A program made the translations under genes and the position numbers. 64,000 nt of DNA from a bacterium. GTDB lineage: Bacteria; Zhuqueibacterota; Zhuqueibacteria; Residuimicrobiales; Krinioviventaceae. A model generated the notes under the pieces. It was given only the letters and a program-made list of their open reading frames with translations, did no database searches and was not told where the DNA came from. The stretch covers positions 1,440,001 to 1,504,000 of the forward strand of contig OY843751.1 in the NCBI GenBank assembly GCA_963693055.1, read 5' to 3'. Below, in pieces: positions 24,821 to 35,543 of the stretch. Every line of letters starts with the position of its first letter. Position 1 is the stretch's first letter.

Positions 24821-25477
24821 TTATGATGGATTTTCATTTTTTACCAGATAGGCCCTGAAATGTGTTTCCCGGTTTACATGCATGCCCAGGAACCCAACGT
24901 CTTTGATATGTTGAAAACCAAACTTTTCGAGAATAAGTCGGATTTTGTTTTCGCTATGGCAAAAAATGGATAAGGATTTACCGGGAATTGATTGGTCTTG
25001 TACGGTTATTTTTTGATAATTTTTATCCTGATGGTCAATGAGAGAAAAGGTAAAGTACCCCTCTTTTTTTAAAATTCTACTTGTCTCCTCAAAGATGGGG
25101 GAAAGGTCCTCGAATAAATGAAATACTCCCGCGCATGTTATATGGTCCATGGAATTGTTGGCGTAGGGATAGGGTGTGTTGAGCATATCGTGATTTTTAT
25201 AGTTTTGGATGGTCCCTTTTTCTGCACAAATGTCGAGCATATTGGTCGAGTAATCCATACCATGAATAACAAGCCCGGCTTTTTGAAATAGAACGGATGA
25301 GAGCCCCGTACCAATGCCCAGATCTAAAAGCGTTTCTCCCGGATTGGTAAACGCATAAGAGAGTCCGAATAAAATTTCCGGCACTACCCATTTCGATTTT
25401 TGGGCTTTTTTATCATAATTTTGAGCATGGTTCTTTGAGTCAAATACGTGTTTTATTTTTTCATTATTGTTAAGCAT
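24821..25477 (-). CDS. Class I SAM-dependent methyltransferase
   Basis: LLDLGIGTG, GMDYSTNML and RILKKEG motifs. Confidence 0.88.
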   Translation of the reverse strand: MLNNNEKIKHVFDSKNHAQNYDKKAQKSKWVVPEILFGLSYAFTNPGETLLDLGIGTGLSSVLFQKAGLVIHGMDYSTNMLDICAEKGTIQNYKNHDMLNTPYPYANNSMDHITCAGVFHLFEDLSPIFEETSRILKKEGYFTFSLIDHQDKNYQKITVQDQSIPGKSLSIFCHSENKIRLILEKFGFQHIKDVGFLGMHVNRETHFRAYLVKNENPS

Positions 25478-25535
25478 TCTTTTGTCCCGATTTTGCGAAT
25501 TGCTATTAATCTCTTTTATTAGGATATATTAATGC

Positions 25536-25560
25536 AAAACCGGCTGATACAGCCGGTTTT
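25536..25560. terminator. Intrinsic terminator/hairpin after lipoprotein gene
   Basis: AAAACCGGCTG-ata-CAGCCGGTTTT. Confidence 0.7.
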
Positions 25561-25573
25561 CACATTTTTACAG

Positions 25574-26797
25574 TTATTTGAATTCAACAAAGGAAAATGG
25601 ATAGCCTTCAGTTGTTACCGTTGCTGAAGAACTAGCCTCGCCTTTTGAGGGATTAAATGTATAAAATCCGTTAGAAGATGTTGTCGCTAATCCCAAAACA
25701 ATTTGATCTTTAAACGTTCCAACGGCTGTACCGTAAATGTTGCTATTGGCGAAATTCAGTTTTGTTATTGTTTGTGCCTCAAGGTCAATTTCAACCGGAA
25801 CAACGGTTCGGTCTTCAATATAATTAACCGGATTACTATAATATGCCGGAATATTGGCCGTACCGTAAAGTTTGCCATTGCCATAGTATCTGACTGCATG
25901 TATATAATCCAACGTATTTTCTTCACCGTTGATTGCTGTAGTGTTAAAGATAAACTTGTAGTTGTCGTCAAATTCAGTTTCACCAGACTTGATTCTGAGT
26001 ATGCCTGATTTGTGTCCCGATACTGCACCAAATCCACCGATGCAAACAATATAAATGTCATTGTTTTCATCCATAAAAATTGAATACGGATCAATAGGTC
26101 TTGTAGGTGTTGAAATTCCGGAAGCACTTTCGGTGATCATTTTTACAACTTTATTGGTATCAATATTAATGATTATCACATCGGAATAGGGGCGGTCAGG
26201 TGCAGGGTAATATCCGCCCACCATTTGCGACAGTGCAACGAACAAATAGTTATCACGAATTAACATTGATGAAGGGTCCGGATTTTGATCACCTGCTCCA
26301 AAAGAGCTTAAATCAATTTCAGTGACCATTTCCATCTTTTCATGGTTAACGACCAGTATTTTCCCTAAAGCAGAACAAGATACAAAAGCTAAATCTCCAT
26401 GGGTTACAACGTTGGTTGCGCCTGATGAAGCCGGCAGGGTCAACTTGCCTTGTTTTGCCAGTTTTCCGCCCGACCTTGAATATTTTGTCATATCATCGGT
26501 TTCGCCACCCCAGCCGGGAAGTATGAATATATTGTTACCACACACAACGGGTGCGCTGCTAAAGGAGATGGGTATTGCCGTTTCGTTTGTTAATGCTTTG
26601 ACTTCCAAATTGTCAATAAGCTGCATATATGCAGAGCCAGACATACCATCAGGATTTGGAAGCATTGTGCTTATTAGTATATTTCCTTCACTACCGGAGA
26701 CAATAGGATTAGTAACTTTATCATCGCTGCAAGAAGTGAATATTAACATAGCTATAATAGAAATGATTAAAACAAGAGTATTGAGTTTGGTCCGCAT
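25574..26797 (-). CDS. Surface lipoprotein, beta-propeller type (partner of TonB receptor; DUF4374-like)
   Basis: Lipobox FTSC; lies directly downstream of a TonB receptor; ILRIKSGETEFD motif. Confidence 0.65.
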   Translation of the reverse strand: MRTKLNTLVLIISIIAMLIFTSCSDDKVTNPIVSGSEGNILISTMLPNPDGMSGSAYMQLIDNLEVKALTNETAIPISFSSAPVVCGNNIFILPGWGGETDDMTKYSRSGGKLAKQGKLTLPASSGATNVVTHGDLAFVSCSALGKILVVNHEKMEMVTEIDLSSFGAGDQNPDPSSMLIRDNYLFVALSQMVGGYYPAPDRPYSDVIIINIDTNKVVKMITESASGISTPTRPIDPYSIFMDENNDIYIVCIGGFGAVSGHKSGILRIKSGETEFDDNYKFIFNTTAINGEENTLDYIHAVRYYGNGKLYGTANIPAYYSNPVNYIEDRTVVPVEIDLEAQTITKLNFANSNIYGTAVGTFKDQIVLGLATTSSNGFYTFNPSKGEASSSATVTTEGYPFSFVEFK

Positions 26798-26821
26798 TAT
26801 ATGCTCCTTTTGGGTTTTGTT

Positions 26822-29197
26822 CTAGTTCCATATATATCGTAATTTCATTCCAATGTTTTTACCGGGCATAGGACGATTGAATTCAGACAGCACCTTGGCA
26901 TCGGTGATATTGTTTGCCTGGATGCTAATAAATATGTGTTGATTTTTTAAACTGTGTTCCAGACCCAGGTTAAAAGTCAATGAACTGGGGATTTTTCTCT
27001 CCTGGTATATGCTTTGCTCAAAATCATAAAAATATTCTTCAATAAATGAACAGTCCGCAAACAAGCGTGTGTTCTGACCGCTGCCCCCGAAAAAGTTTTC
27101 TTTATGGAATTCAAACCCGGTATTGGTGTAAAAGTATGGAATGTTGGGTATTCTGTCATTTTGGGTTGGGTTTGGGACCGTTGAGCCCGGTTCAAATTCA
27201 CGAGTATCTCTTAAATCCTGATAAGTGATATTACCCCACAAGTACAGGAATGAAGTTGCATCCCATTTTATCTCTGTCTCCACACCTATTGTCCGCATTT
27301 TACCAAAGTTTTGATACATGTTTTGCAGAGGTCCCCCGGTAAAACGTATCATATTTTCAAGCTGCATGTAAAAGCTGTTAATTTCAAATTGCAATCTGTT
27401 TTTTTGATAAGTAACATCGTACATGAATCCCACGTTAAAGCTGGTATTACGTTCCGGTTCGAGGTTTACTGCGGGGGCAATTATAAAGCCGTCGCCTAAT
27501 AATTCATTTTCAGCCGGTAAACGAACATCATAAGCGGCGGAGCCTTTTATTAAAAATTCTGGTGTAAATCTGTATCGCGATGCATTGCTTATACCATAAT
27601 TTTGCTTGTTCAGGTCTATATTTAGGGGGGTATCGTCATAGCCGTATAGATCAACATACTTGGTTTTCATCGTATATATGTAATATTTTACAGTTATAAC
27701 GTTAGTGGATTTTTTATTGGGCGAACTAAATTCATGGGCAAGGCCAGTAATCCAACTGTTCATTGAACTGTTAAAATTGGATTTGTATCCAACCACTTTG
27801 TCCTTTAGGGTATCACTGGGAATGCCTTTGGCATAGTTGAATTGTGAATTCAAGTTTATGGAATTCTGCCCATTGATTATATAATTCAAGTTTATTTTTT
27901 GAAGGAACGTATATTTTTTATTGTTTACATCATTGGGTTGAACACCAATTTCGCCGCCATATCTTGTTACAGGGGGCCTCATATTTCCATCCCAGTCATA
28001 GCGATGCATTGCTTTATCTTCAAAACGATAAATTGTATAAGCATAAGCATTGTCAAAATTCAAATCCAAGCCTTCAATTAGAAAATTTGTTTTTTCATTA
28101 TGGTTTGCAAGCATGTATGCATCGGCATAACTTTTAGCTTCCTGAATATTATATTCTATTCCCTGAATTTCTTTTTCTGTAAAAATCATTGCTGGTTCAA
28201 ATTCCAGTTCATCGAAATACCATATTTTTGACGAAAGGCCTGCGGCAACTGTTATTTTTTTAAATTTGTCATGATCGCGCGTAATGTGTTTACCCGTTTG
28301 TAATGGTAATTCCATTTCATAGTTGTTATCCGAATAGGTAATAAAGCCGCCTATGCCTGCTTCTATTCCACCCTTGTTTCGTTTAAGCACTGTACTTGCC
28401 TTATGGGTATTAAATGATTGAATAGAGTAGCTGGCATCAACATATTTGGGAGGATATTCTTTTATAACAATATTTACAGCGCCTCCTACTGCCGAACCCC
28501 CGAATTTAGCAGGTACTATACCCTTGTAAATTTCAACCCTTTCTATCATGTCAATGGGAATATCATTAACGTCTATAAAATCAGTATTGTCGCTCAAGGG
28601 GGTTTCATCTATGAAAAATCCGATTCGTTTTCCTTCCAGGCCTCGCACGGATATACGCGTTGAACTGCCAACACCGCCCGATGATCGTATTTTTACACCT
28701 GAAGCTTTTGTAAGCACATCACATACATCACTTACCGTCCCTTGAAGTTCTCTCATTGTTATTACGGCAATGGGCATGGCTTGTTCTTGTATCTTTCTCT
28801 CTTCAGATTTAGCAGTGACTTCAACCGCTGAAAATTGTAAAACTTTTTCCTCTAGGTAAAAATTTGTTTTTTTATTACCAATCAGGTTTATTTCTTTCTT
28901 GATTGTTGTGTAACCCATCATTGATATTTTTAAAGTGTATTTGCCTGGTTTCAAGTTATTGAGCTGGAAATATCCATCAGAGTTTGTTGAAACACCTTTA
29001 TTGTTTTCAACGATTACGATATTCGCCCCACTAAGGGGATTTTTGTTTTTATCTTCAAATATGTACCCCGATAATTTCATCATGTGTTGCGATGATACAA
29101 TTTGGGGAAAGATTATTAACAGTATTACCATTATATTTAAATGTCTTTTTTGCATTAAATACCTCATTGTATGTTTAGTAGTCTGTATGTTATTCAA
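26822..29197 (-). CDS. TonB-dependent receptor
   Basis: N-terminal carboxypeptidase-like domain; plug motifs SGGVGS.TRISVRGLEG and IERVEIYKG...GGAVNIV; LEPE motif; C-terminal beta strand. Confidence 0.92.
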   Translation of the reverse strand: MNNIQTTKHTMRYLMQKRHLNIMVILLIIFPQIVSSQHMMKLSGYIFEDKNKNPLSGANIVIVENNKGVSTNSDGYFQLNNLKPGKYTLKISMMGYTTIKKEINLIGNKKTNFYLEEKVLQFSAVEVTAKSEERKIQEQAMPIAVITMRELQGTVSDVCDVLTKASGVKIRSSGGVGSSTRISVRGLEGKRIGFFIDETPLSDNTDFIDVNDIPIDMIERVEIYKGIVPAKFGGSAVGGAVNIVIKEYPPKYVDASYSIQSFNTHKASTVLKRNKGGIEAGIGGFITYSDNNYEMELPLQTGKHITRDHDKFKKITVAAGLSSKIWYFDELEFEPAMIFTEKEIQGIEYNIQEAKSYADAYMLANHNEKTNFLIEGLDLNFDNAYAYTIYRFEDKAMHRYDWDGNMRPPVTRYGGEIGVQPNDVNNKKYTFLQKINLNYIINGQNSINLNSQFNYAKGIPSDTLKDKVVGYKSNFNSSMNSWITGLAHEFSSPNKKSTNVITVKYYIYTMKTKYVDLYGYDDTPLNIDLNKQNYGISNASRYRFTPEFLIKGSAAYDVRLPAENELLGDGFIIAPAVNLEPERNTSFNVGFMYDVTYQKNRLQFEINSFYMQLENMIRFTGGPLQNMYQNFGKMRTIGVETEIKWDATSFLYLWGNITYQDLRDTREFEPGSTVPNPTQNDRIPNIPYFYTNTGFEFHKENFFGGSGQNTRLFADCSFIEEYFYDFEQSIYQERKIPSSLTFNLGLEHSLKNQHIFISIQANNITDAKVLSEFNRPMPGKNIGMKLRYIWN

Positions 29198-30005
29198 TTC
29201 TAATATAAATCATGTGGCATACGCCCAATATATCAGGAATGGCCAGACCAATCTTTTGAGACAGGGGCAATCCTTTTTTCATCCCTTTATACATGGGAAA
29301 TGCGTCAACCACTCTTAATCTGTTGTCCCATTTTTCAAGGGATTTTATGGGTTTCAGTCCCCATCCGCCATCCATTGACATACCCATACCGCCTTTTTTC
29401 AATACTTGTTTTTCAGCAATTTTCATTGCCATGGGAGACAGGGAGTCAAAGAAGAAATCACACTCTTTAAAATAGTCTGCTGCTTTAACGAAAAACGTTT
29501 TGATCTGTTTTTCATTGAAATACATAAACACACCCCCGGCCAGAAACAGTAAACCGTTCTTTGCGTTGATTTTTTCAAACCATTCAGTATCTAAAAATGA
29601 AGAAGCAATGCTTTTATGTCTATCGCTGTCTTTATAAAAATTTGCCCGGAGCGCAATAACGTCTGGCAGGTCAAGCTCATAAAACATGATTTTGCCATTA
29701 TCAATACGACTAAATGTAGTGTCCAGCCCGCAGCCTATATTGACAATCGTAGCGTTGGGATGTTTTTTCATAAAGCCGCGGACTTTTCTGTCCGTGTGCA
29801 AGCTGCGCGCTATCCAGCCATGTTGCGACATGGATTGTGTTTTGGCTATGGTTGAAAAATCATAATCTAACCTTTCAATGATTTCAACCGCCTTTTTATC
29901 CATAAGGCGGGGCCTGTTTTTTAGGGTTTCAGTTGCCCTGCCCCATAAAGGGAGCAACAGGGTTTCTTGCACGTTGCCTTTTGGGATTTGTATTTTGGGT
30001 TCCAT
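29190..30005 (-). CDS. LCM/TcmP-like class I SAM methyltransferase
   Basis: VQETLLLPLWGRA, VNIGCGLDT, YELDLPDVI and AGGVFMY motifs. Confidence 0.88.
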   Translation of the reverse strand: MEPKIQIPKGNVQETLLLPLWGRATETLKNRPRLMDKKAVEIIERLDYDFSTIAKTQSMSQHGWIARSLHTDRKVRGFMKKHPNATIVNIGCGLDTTFSRIDNGKIMFYELDLPDVIALRANFYKDSDRHKSIASSFLDTEWFEKINAKNGLLFLAGGVFMYFNEKQIKTFFVKAADYFKECDFFFDSLSPMAMKIAEKQVLKKGGMGMSMDGGWGLKPIKSLEKWDNRLRVVDAFPMYKGMKKGLPLSQKIGLAIPDILGVCHMIYIRIE

Positions 30006-30017
30006 ATTTTTTTCCTT

Positions 30018-30566
30018 TTAAAAGAACAATAAATACCTTGGGACTTTATGTTTAAATTCCCTGTAACTATTACCATATTTTTCCATGCAAAACTTTTCTT
30101 CTTCAAGAATAATAAAGTGCTGCAATATCAGGTTCATTATCAGGAATATTGTTATTAGTGCAGAATGGCACATTAATGCCATACCAAATCCCATGAGTGA
30201 AATTGAAACGTATATGGGATTGCGAGAAATTTTATACATCCCTTTGCAAATTGTCTGGTCAAGGGGTGCTGAGAAATAATTGATAAAACTGGTAATGGCT
30301 AAAATTCCTGACAAAATAAAGAGTACCAAGCCTGTATAGAAAAAAAATGTACCTGTCTGGATTTTTAGAAATATGGGATAGACAAGCATCAGGATGAAAA
30401 GGAGCATAATGAAAAATGAATTGATTTTTCCCATAGTGCTTGCGAAGGTAAAGTCTACCAGACGCTTTGCAGCCTTGCCGCCAAAAAGCATTGGCGCGTA
30501 TGATACAGCCAAATAAATTAAACTTTGAATCCAACCGTTACCGATTTCAATTCCAAACATATTCAT
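30018..30566 (-). CDS. ICMT/PEMT-family membrane methyltransferase
   Basis: KGMYKISRNPIY...EEKFC..KYG..Y..F...VPRY. Confidence 0.85.
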   Translation of the reverse strand: MNMFGIEIGNGWIQSLIYLAVSYAPMLFGGKAAKRLVDFTFASTMGKINSFFIMLLFILMLVYPIFLKIQTGTFFFYTGLVLFILSGILAITSFINYFSAPLDQTICKGMYKISRNPIYVSISLMGFGMALMCHSALITIFLIMNLILQHFIILEEEKFCMEKYGNSYREFKHKVPRYLLFF

Positions 30567-30608
30567 TTTACTCCTATTTTTTAAGTATTGGTTATTTTTG
30601 GTGAAAAA

Positions 30609-32348
30609 TTAATCAAGCACCGGCTGCATCTGTCGTTCCAACATTTTTGCAAAAATACCATTTTGAACTTTTAATTCGTGTGGTGGCCCGCTTTCAGCTA
30701 CACGACCGTTTTCAAGCACCACAACCTTGTCGGCATTGGCTACGGTGCGCATACGGTGAGCAATGATGAGTACGGTTTTGTCTCTAATTAATTCAGAAAT
30801 ACCGGCTTGAATTTTGGTTTCGTTTTCCACATCGAGCGAGGCTGTGGCTTCGTCAAGCAAAACAATAGGCGCGTCTTTGAGCAACGCGCGGGCGATGGAG
30901 ATGCGCTGACGTTCTCCTCCCGAAAGGGTTTCCCCGTTTTCACCAATGATTGTGTTGTAACCATTGGGCATTTTACTCACAAATTCATCGCACTGTGCCA
31001 GTTTGGCCACACGCACCACTTCTTCATCGGCCGCATCGCGCTTGCCGATGCGAATATTATCCATTACAGAGGCGTTAAACAAGACAACATCCTGGAATAC
31101 AACCGAATAGTTTTTAAGCAGGGTTTCCGGTTCAATTTTGCTAATGTCTTGACCGCCTAATGTAATATACCCTTTGTCTATATCCCAGAAACGGGCACAC
31201 AGCTTTGCCGATGTACTTTTACCACCACCTGAGGGGCCTACCAATGCGGTAATTTCTCCCTGTTTTGCAGTGAAAGAAATATCTTGCAAAACTTGTTTCC
31301 CTTCTTCGTAAGCAAAATCTACATTTTTGAATTGGATGTCATAATGCTCCGGCTTGAATATAGTGCTGCCCTTTTGAACGGGCAGATCCTGCATCTCGTT
31401 CATGCGGTTAATCCGAATGTCAAGATAAAACAATGCGGCAAGATTATTAAAGACCTCACTAATGGGGCTATAAACCCTGGTTGAAATCAAAAGGAATATC
31501 AGGTACATAAACAAATCAATAGTACCCGATGCCAACAGTGTTGCTCCTGTGATGACCACAGTTGCTAACCCCAGTTTGAGAAAACTTTGGGCTGAGTTAA
31601 CCAGACCACCTGCCAGTAATTCACCTCGTATTAGCTGTTTTTCATAATTGTACAGTTTTTTGTTCAATTCGGCGAGGTAGGGTTCTTCCTGGTTATAAGA
31701 CTTGATTTCTTGTATGGTATCGAGTCCTTCTTGGATATGTTCGGTCACATCACGTTTTTTGTTGTAATGGATTTGGTTTTCTTTGTGTAAAATTTTCTTT
31801 GCGATAATTATGATTGCCGCCGCCAGCGGGGCCACCCAGAACAGGGCAAGTGACAACTGCCAGTTGTAGAAAAACATACCAATGGCTATTAAAATAATAC
31901 TAAGAATAGAAGCCGCAAGCTGCGGTACCGCGTGAGAAAAAGTATGTTCCAGCTCGGTATTGTCTTCCATGATTGTAGCAGTAAGATCAGACAGGTTTTT
32001 TTCACCAAAGAATGCCAGAGGCAGGATGCGCAGTTTTTCCGCCAGTGAAATACGACGGTTCGCGCTTTCATTGTATATGGTTGTAAACGTGCTTTTATAT
32101 TGCAGTATTGCAATAATATACATAACCAGCATAAAACCAATACCAAGTAAAAAATAGTACCATAAACCATGCGCAACTGTGGATGATGGAATAAGCACAG
32201 GACGCAAATAGTCGTCAAGAAACAGGAAAAAAAGAATAGCCGGCAGCATGAGTGCTATATCCAGGAGAGTGGTGAAAAACACTCCTTTCAAAAAGTCTTT
32301 TGCCCCTTTTTCTGAAAGGGCCAATCGTTTTTGTATAATTTTAAGCAT
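30609..32348 (-). CDS. ABC transporter fused permease/ATPase (YbtQ/IrtB-like)
   Basis: TM domain + GPSGGGKS, LSGGERQRI and LLDEATASLD motifs; likely start 32348. Confidence 0.9.
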   Translation of the reverse strand: MLKIIQKRLALSEKGAKDFLKGVFFTTLLDIALMLPAILFFLFLDDYLRPVLIPSSTVAHGLWYYFLLGIGFMLVMYIIAILQYKSTFTTIYNESANRRISLAEKLRILPLAFFGEKNLSDLTATIMEDNTELEHTFSHAVPQLAASILSIILIAIGMFFYNWQLSLALFWVAPLAAAIIIIAKKILHKENQIHYNKKRDVTEHIQEGLDTIQEIKSYNQEEPYLAELNKKLYNYEKQLIRGELLAGGLVNSAQSFLKLGLATVVITGATLLASGTIDLFMYLIFLLISTRVYSPISEVFNNLAALFYLDIRINRMNEMQDLPVQKGSTIFKPEHYDIQFKNVDFAYEEGKQVLQDISFTAKQGEITALVGPSGGGKSTSAKLCARFWDIDKGYITLGGQDISKIEPETLLKNYSVVFQDVVLFNASVMDNIRIGKRDAADEEVVRVAKLAQCDEFVSKMPNGYNTIIGENGETLSGGERQRISIARALLKDAPIVLLDEATASLDVENETKIQAGISELIRDKTVLIIAHRMRTVANADKVVVLENGRVAESGPPHELKVQNGIFAKMLERQMQPVLD

Positions 32349-34113
32349 ATTGTGTTTCCTTCCCAATAGTCCAATGCACGGATTGTTGATATTCATTCCA
32401 CATGTTTGTATAGAGGCCCTCTTTTTTCAGTAGTTCCTGATGGCTCCCTTGTTCAACGATCTGCCCCTTTTTAATGACCAGTATATTATCAGCATTCTGT
32501 ACGCTGGTAAGCCGGTGGGCAATCATGAGTACGGTTTTGTTTTTTGTCAATTTTTGTAGTGCCATTTGAATGAGATGTTCGTTTTCAGGATCTGTAAAGG
32601 CTGTTGCTTCATCCAAAACAACGATTGGGGCGTTTTTCAGAATGGCCCGCGCCAATACAATACGCTGCTGCTCACCACCCGACAGATAGGTGCCCTCGGT
32701 ACCAATCCGGGTATTCAATCCGTCAGGCAATTTGTTGATGATTTCACGACATTGGGCCCAATCAACAGCCTTTTCCACATCATTTAACGGGGCATTCGGA
32801 TTTCCATATTTGATATTTTCCAGCAAGCTGGTTTTAAACAAACGCGTATTTTGGAATACAAATGAGATGTGCTCCATCAGTTCTTTGGGGGCAATATCCT
32901 TAACATTCACACCACCGATGCAAACTTGCCCTGCATCAGCATCACGGAAGCGGGGTAGCAGGCGAGCTATGGTTGTTTTGCCTCCACCGGAAGGCCCTAC
33001 CAGTGCTACAGTTTTCCCTTCAGGAATGTTGAAATGTGCATTGTCTACTGCCTTTTGGTTTGCACCGGGGTAACTGAACGAGACATTTGTAAAGCTGATC
33101 TCGTGGCCGGTAATGTTTTGGGGGGTATCGGAAACGGATAGAGGTTTGGTATTGGTCAGGTTTTCCACACGAGTCACAGCTTCTCTTGCCTGGCCCAGGG
33201 CCTGGTTCAGGTACATGCTGCGCATAATGCTTTGTGAAAAAACAGGAGTGATCAATATATAAAGAAACAGGTTTAACAGGTTGCTTGTGTAATTACCCGA
33301 ATGGTTTATGAGCAGGATGGCCGCCGGTACCAGAAAGAAAATAAAACCATTTATTATAACCGTATAGGCAGACATGGGTTTTTCCCACATATAAGTATAG
33401 CCGGATACCATTTCCTTGTAATTGACAATGCTGTTGTAAAAGTTTTTGAAAGAAAATACGGTTTGTTGAAATACCTTAACAACAGGAATACCGCGTACGT
33501 ATTCTACGGCCTCTGTATTCATTTCTTCAAGAGAATCCATATATTTTTGCATAAAATGTTGTCCTCGTTTGCCCATCATAAATCCCATTATTGCCATAGA
33601 GAGTATAACGGGCACAAGACAGGCTAAACCGAGCCGCCAGTCGAACACAAAGATTAGAGCAAGGGCTGTGAAGGGCATCAGGATTGTACCGATAAGGTCT
33701 GGCATTTGGTGGGCCAGAAAGGAGTGGGTGATGCCGGCATTCTCATCAATGATTTTTCGGATACGTCCGCTTGTATTACTGTCAAAAAATCCCAGGGGCA
33801 TATGTATAATTTTATGCATGGCATATTTACGCATGTTGGTTTCTACCCTGAACGCTGCCAGATGCGAGAGCGTCAATGCGCAAAAATACATTATGATACT
33901 GGCAATTGCCGTAACCACTGCCCACCACGCTAAAGTACTGACAAGGGCAGCCGAATATGTTGTTCTGCCGGATAATAATTCACGGACAATAAACCATATT
34001 AGAATGTATGGCGCCATTCCCGTTAGCGTACTGATTGCGGATGCAACCAGTGCCCCGGGCAGCAGGGCTTTTCTGCCCGTCATAAAAGTTTGTAGTTTTA
34101 ATAGTGTATTCAT
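32341..34113 (-). CDS. ABC transporter fused permease/ATPase (YbtP/IrtA-like)
   Basis: LSHLAAF, LAHQMPD, EYVRGIPVVK, GPSGGGKT and LSGGEQQR motifs; likely start 34113. Confidence 0.9.
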   Translation of the reverse strand: MNTLLKLQTFMTGRKALLPGALVASAISTLTGMAPYILIWFIVRELLSGRTTYSAALVSTLAWWAVVTAIASIIMYFCALTLSHLAAFRVETNMRKYAMHKIIHMPLGFFDSNTSGRIRKIIDENAGITHSFLAHQMPDLIGTILMPFTALALIFVFDWRLGLACLVPVILSMAIMGFMMGKRGQHFMQKYMDSLEEMNTEAVEYVRGIPVVKVFQQTVFSFKNFYNSIVNYKEMVSGYTYMWEKPMSAYTVIINGFIFFLVPAAILLINHSGNYTSNLLNLFLYILITPVFSQSIMRSMYLNQALGQAREAVTRVENLTNTKPLSVSDTPQNITGHEISFTNVSFSYPGANQKAVDNAHFNIPEGKTVALVGPSGGGKTTIARLLPRFRDADAGQVCIGGVNVKDIAPKELMEHISFVFQNTRLFKTSLLENIKYGNPNAPLNDVEKAVDWAQCREIINKLPDGLNTRIGTEGTYLSGGEQQRIVLARAILKNAPIVVLDEATAFTDPENEHLIQMALQKLTKNKTVLMIAHRLTSVQNADNILVIKKGQIVEQGSHQELLKKEGLYTNMWNEYQQSVHWTIGKETQYA

Positions 34114-34331
34114 ACATTTCCCTTTTTCTAATAATATCAATCTGTTTCCATGTTTGTCATCATTTGTTATTTTTGTATGTATTGGGATAGCTATGCCTTG
34201 CAACCGGTTTCGTAGCCAATCGTAATACCTGGTGTTTTAATGTGTCAAAGGTCGGCATTCTACACAGATTTTTTTGTGTTTATACTATCGCTATTGTTTT
34301 TGTATTATTTCTTATGATTTTGATTGATAAA

Positions 34332-35543
34332 TCAAAAGCTGTATTTGGCCTTTATCCATATTTCTGAATTATCATTATATTGCCCAAACATACCTGTTTC
34401 ACCTGAAAAAACATCAATCCCCAGCAACAGGTGCATTTCATCTGTCAATGCATAATCAGCACTGTTTCGATTGAAAAAGTTGTTTCCATCAAGACCTATG
34501 TACGAAAATGTAGAAAGTTTTAATGTGCTTCTAAATAGCAATTTTGATATATTTAAGGTGGAAAGCCAGGTGTGTTCCTGTGCCTCAAGATCTGCATGAT
34601 GGTCAAGCACCATTTCGTCTGTTAACTGCGTGCTGATTGTCCATTCATTACCCGGATACCAATCCAGGCCTGCCAGGGCTGAAACGGAATTTCTTTGTGA
34701 CAGAGTCAGCAAGTCTTTATGCTGATATTTTTTATCAATGTAATAAGCAGCTTCTCCGCGCAGAACAAAAGCGCCCATTGAACAAGACATGTCTGCACCT
34801 ACAAATCCGTATCGATAGTATTCTTGTGAAATATGAGCAGTTTTACCGTTTGGCGTAATTTGCAATACCGGGAAATCACTCCAGGTGTATAGTGATGAAA
34901 TAGAGATATCCAAGCCGTGCAGATAAAATGACACCCTGGCGCCGATTTCGCTATTGTCAATAGTCTGTTCCGGTTCGTCAACCTCCAGCATATTGACCGT
35001 ATCATATTCTGAAAAATCCGGCCCTTCCTTTGCCCAGGGATTGTCCTCGCCGGGCATGATGCCCTTTTGAAAGATCGGCAGCCAAATCAGTTCCGCGTCC
35101 ATGCTTTCACCTAAATATCGAAATTTGAAAGCGTCCACCGGCATGCGAACATCGTCATAATCGCGTGCCAGGAATTCTGTTAGATCGTATGGTGAGATAT
35201 AATCAGTAATTCTCATACCGTCAGCCTTTCCCCAAATGATGATCTGGCGGCCAACTCGAAGATCGAAATTATCGCCCACATAGTCAAAATAGGCTTCCCG
35301 AAGTTCAATGCCGGTCTGGTCTGGCAAAACATAGTTGTGCATGGCATTGAGAGATACAAACAGGCTGGTAGTATTAAAATTGTTTGTTGCTTCAATGCGC
35401 AGTCTGTTGCGGGACGCAAGGTAATCGTTGGGCGCTTTGATGCGCACCGCGTGATAGCTGTCCGAAAAACCGTTTACTTCCATTTGCGCAAAAAGCGTTG
35501 CGGCATAGAGTAAGCAAAACATGATTGTGGCGAGTATTTTCAT
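34332..35543 (-). CDS. Outer-membrane beta-barrel protein (DUF1302-like)
   Basis: Signal peptide; LREAYFD..LRVGRQIIIWGKADG; C-terminal KYSF. Confidence 0.75.
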   Translation of the reverse strand: MKILATIMFCLLYAATLFAQMEVNGFSDSYHAVRIKAPNDYLASRNRLRIEATNNFNTTSLFVSLNAMHNYVLPDQTGIELREAYFDYVGDNFDLRVGRQIIIWGKADGMRITDYISPYDLTEFLARDYDDVRMPVDAFKFRYLGESMDAELIWLPIFQKGIMPGEDNPWAKEGPDFSEYDTVNMLEVDEPEQTIDNSEIGARVSFYLHGLDISISSLYTWSDFPVLQITPNGKTAHISQEYYRYGFVGADMSCSMGAFVLRGEAAYYIDKKYQHKDLLTLSQRNSVSALAGLDWYPGNEWTISTQLTDEMVLDHHADLEAQEHTWLSTLNISKLLFRSTLKLSTFSYIGLDGNNFFNRNSADYALTDEMHLLLGIDVFSGETGMFGQYNDNSEIWIKAKYSF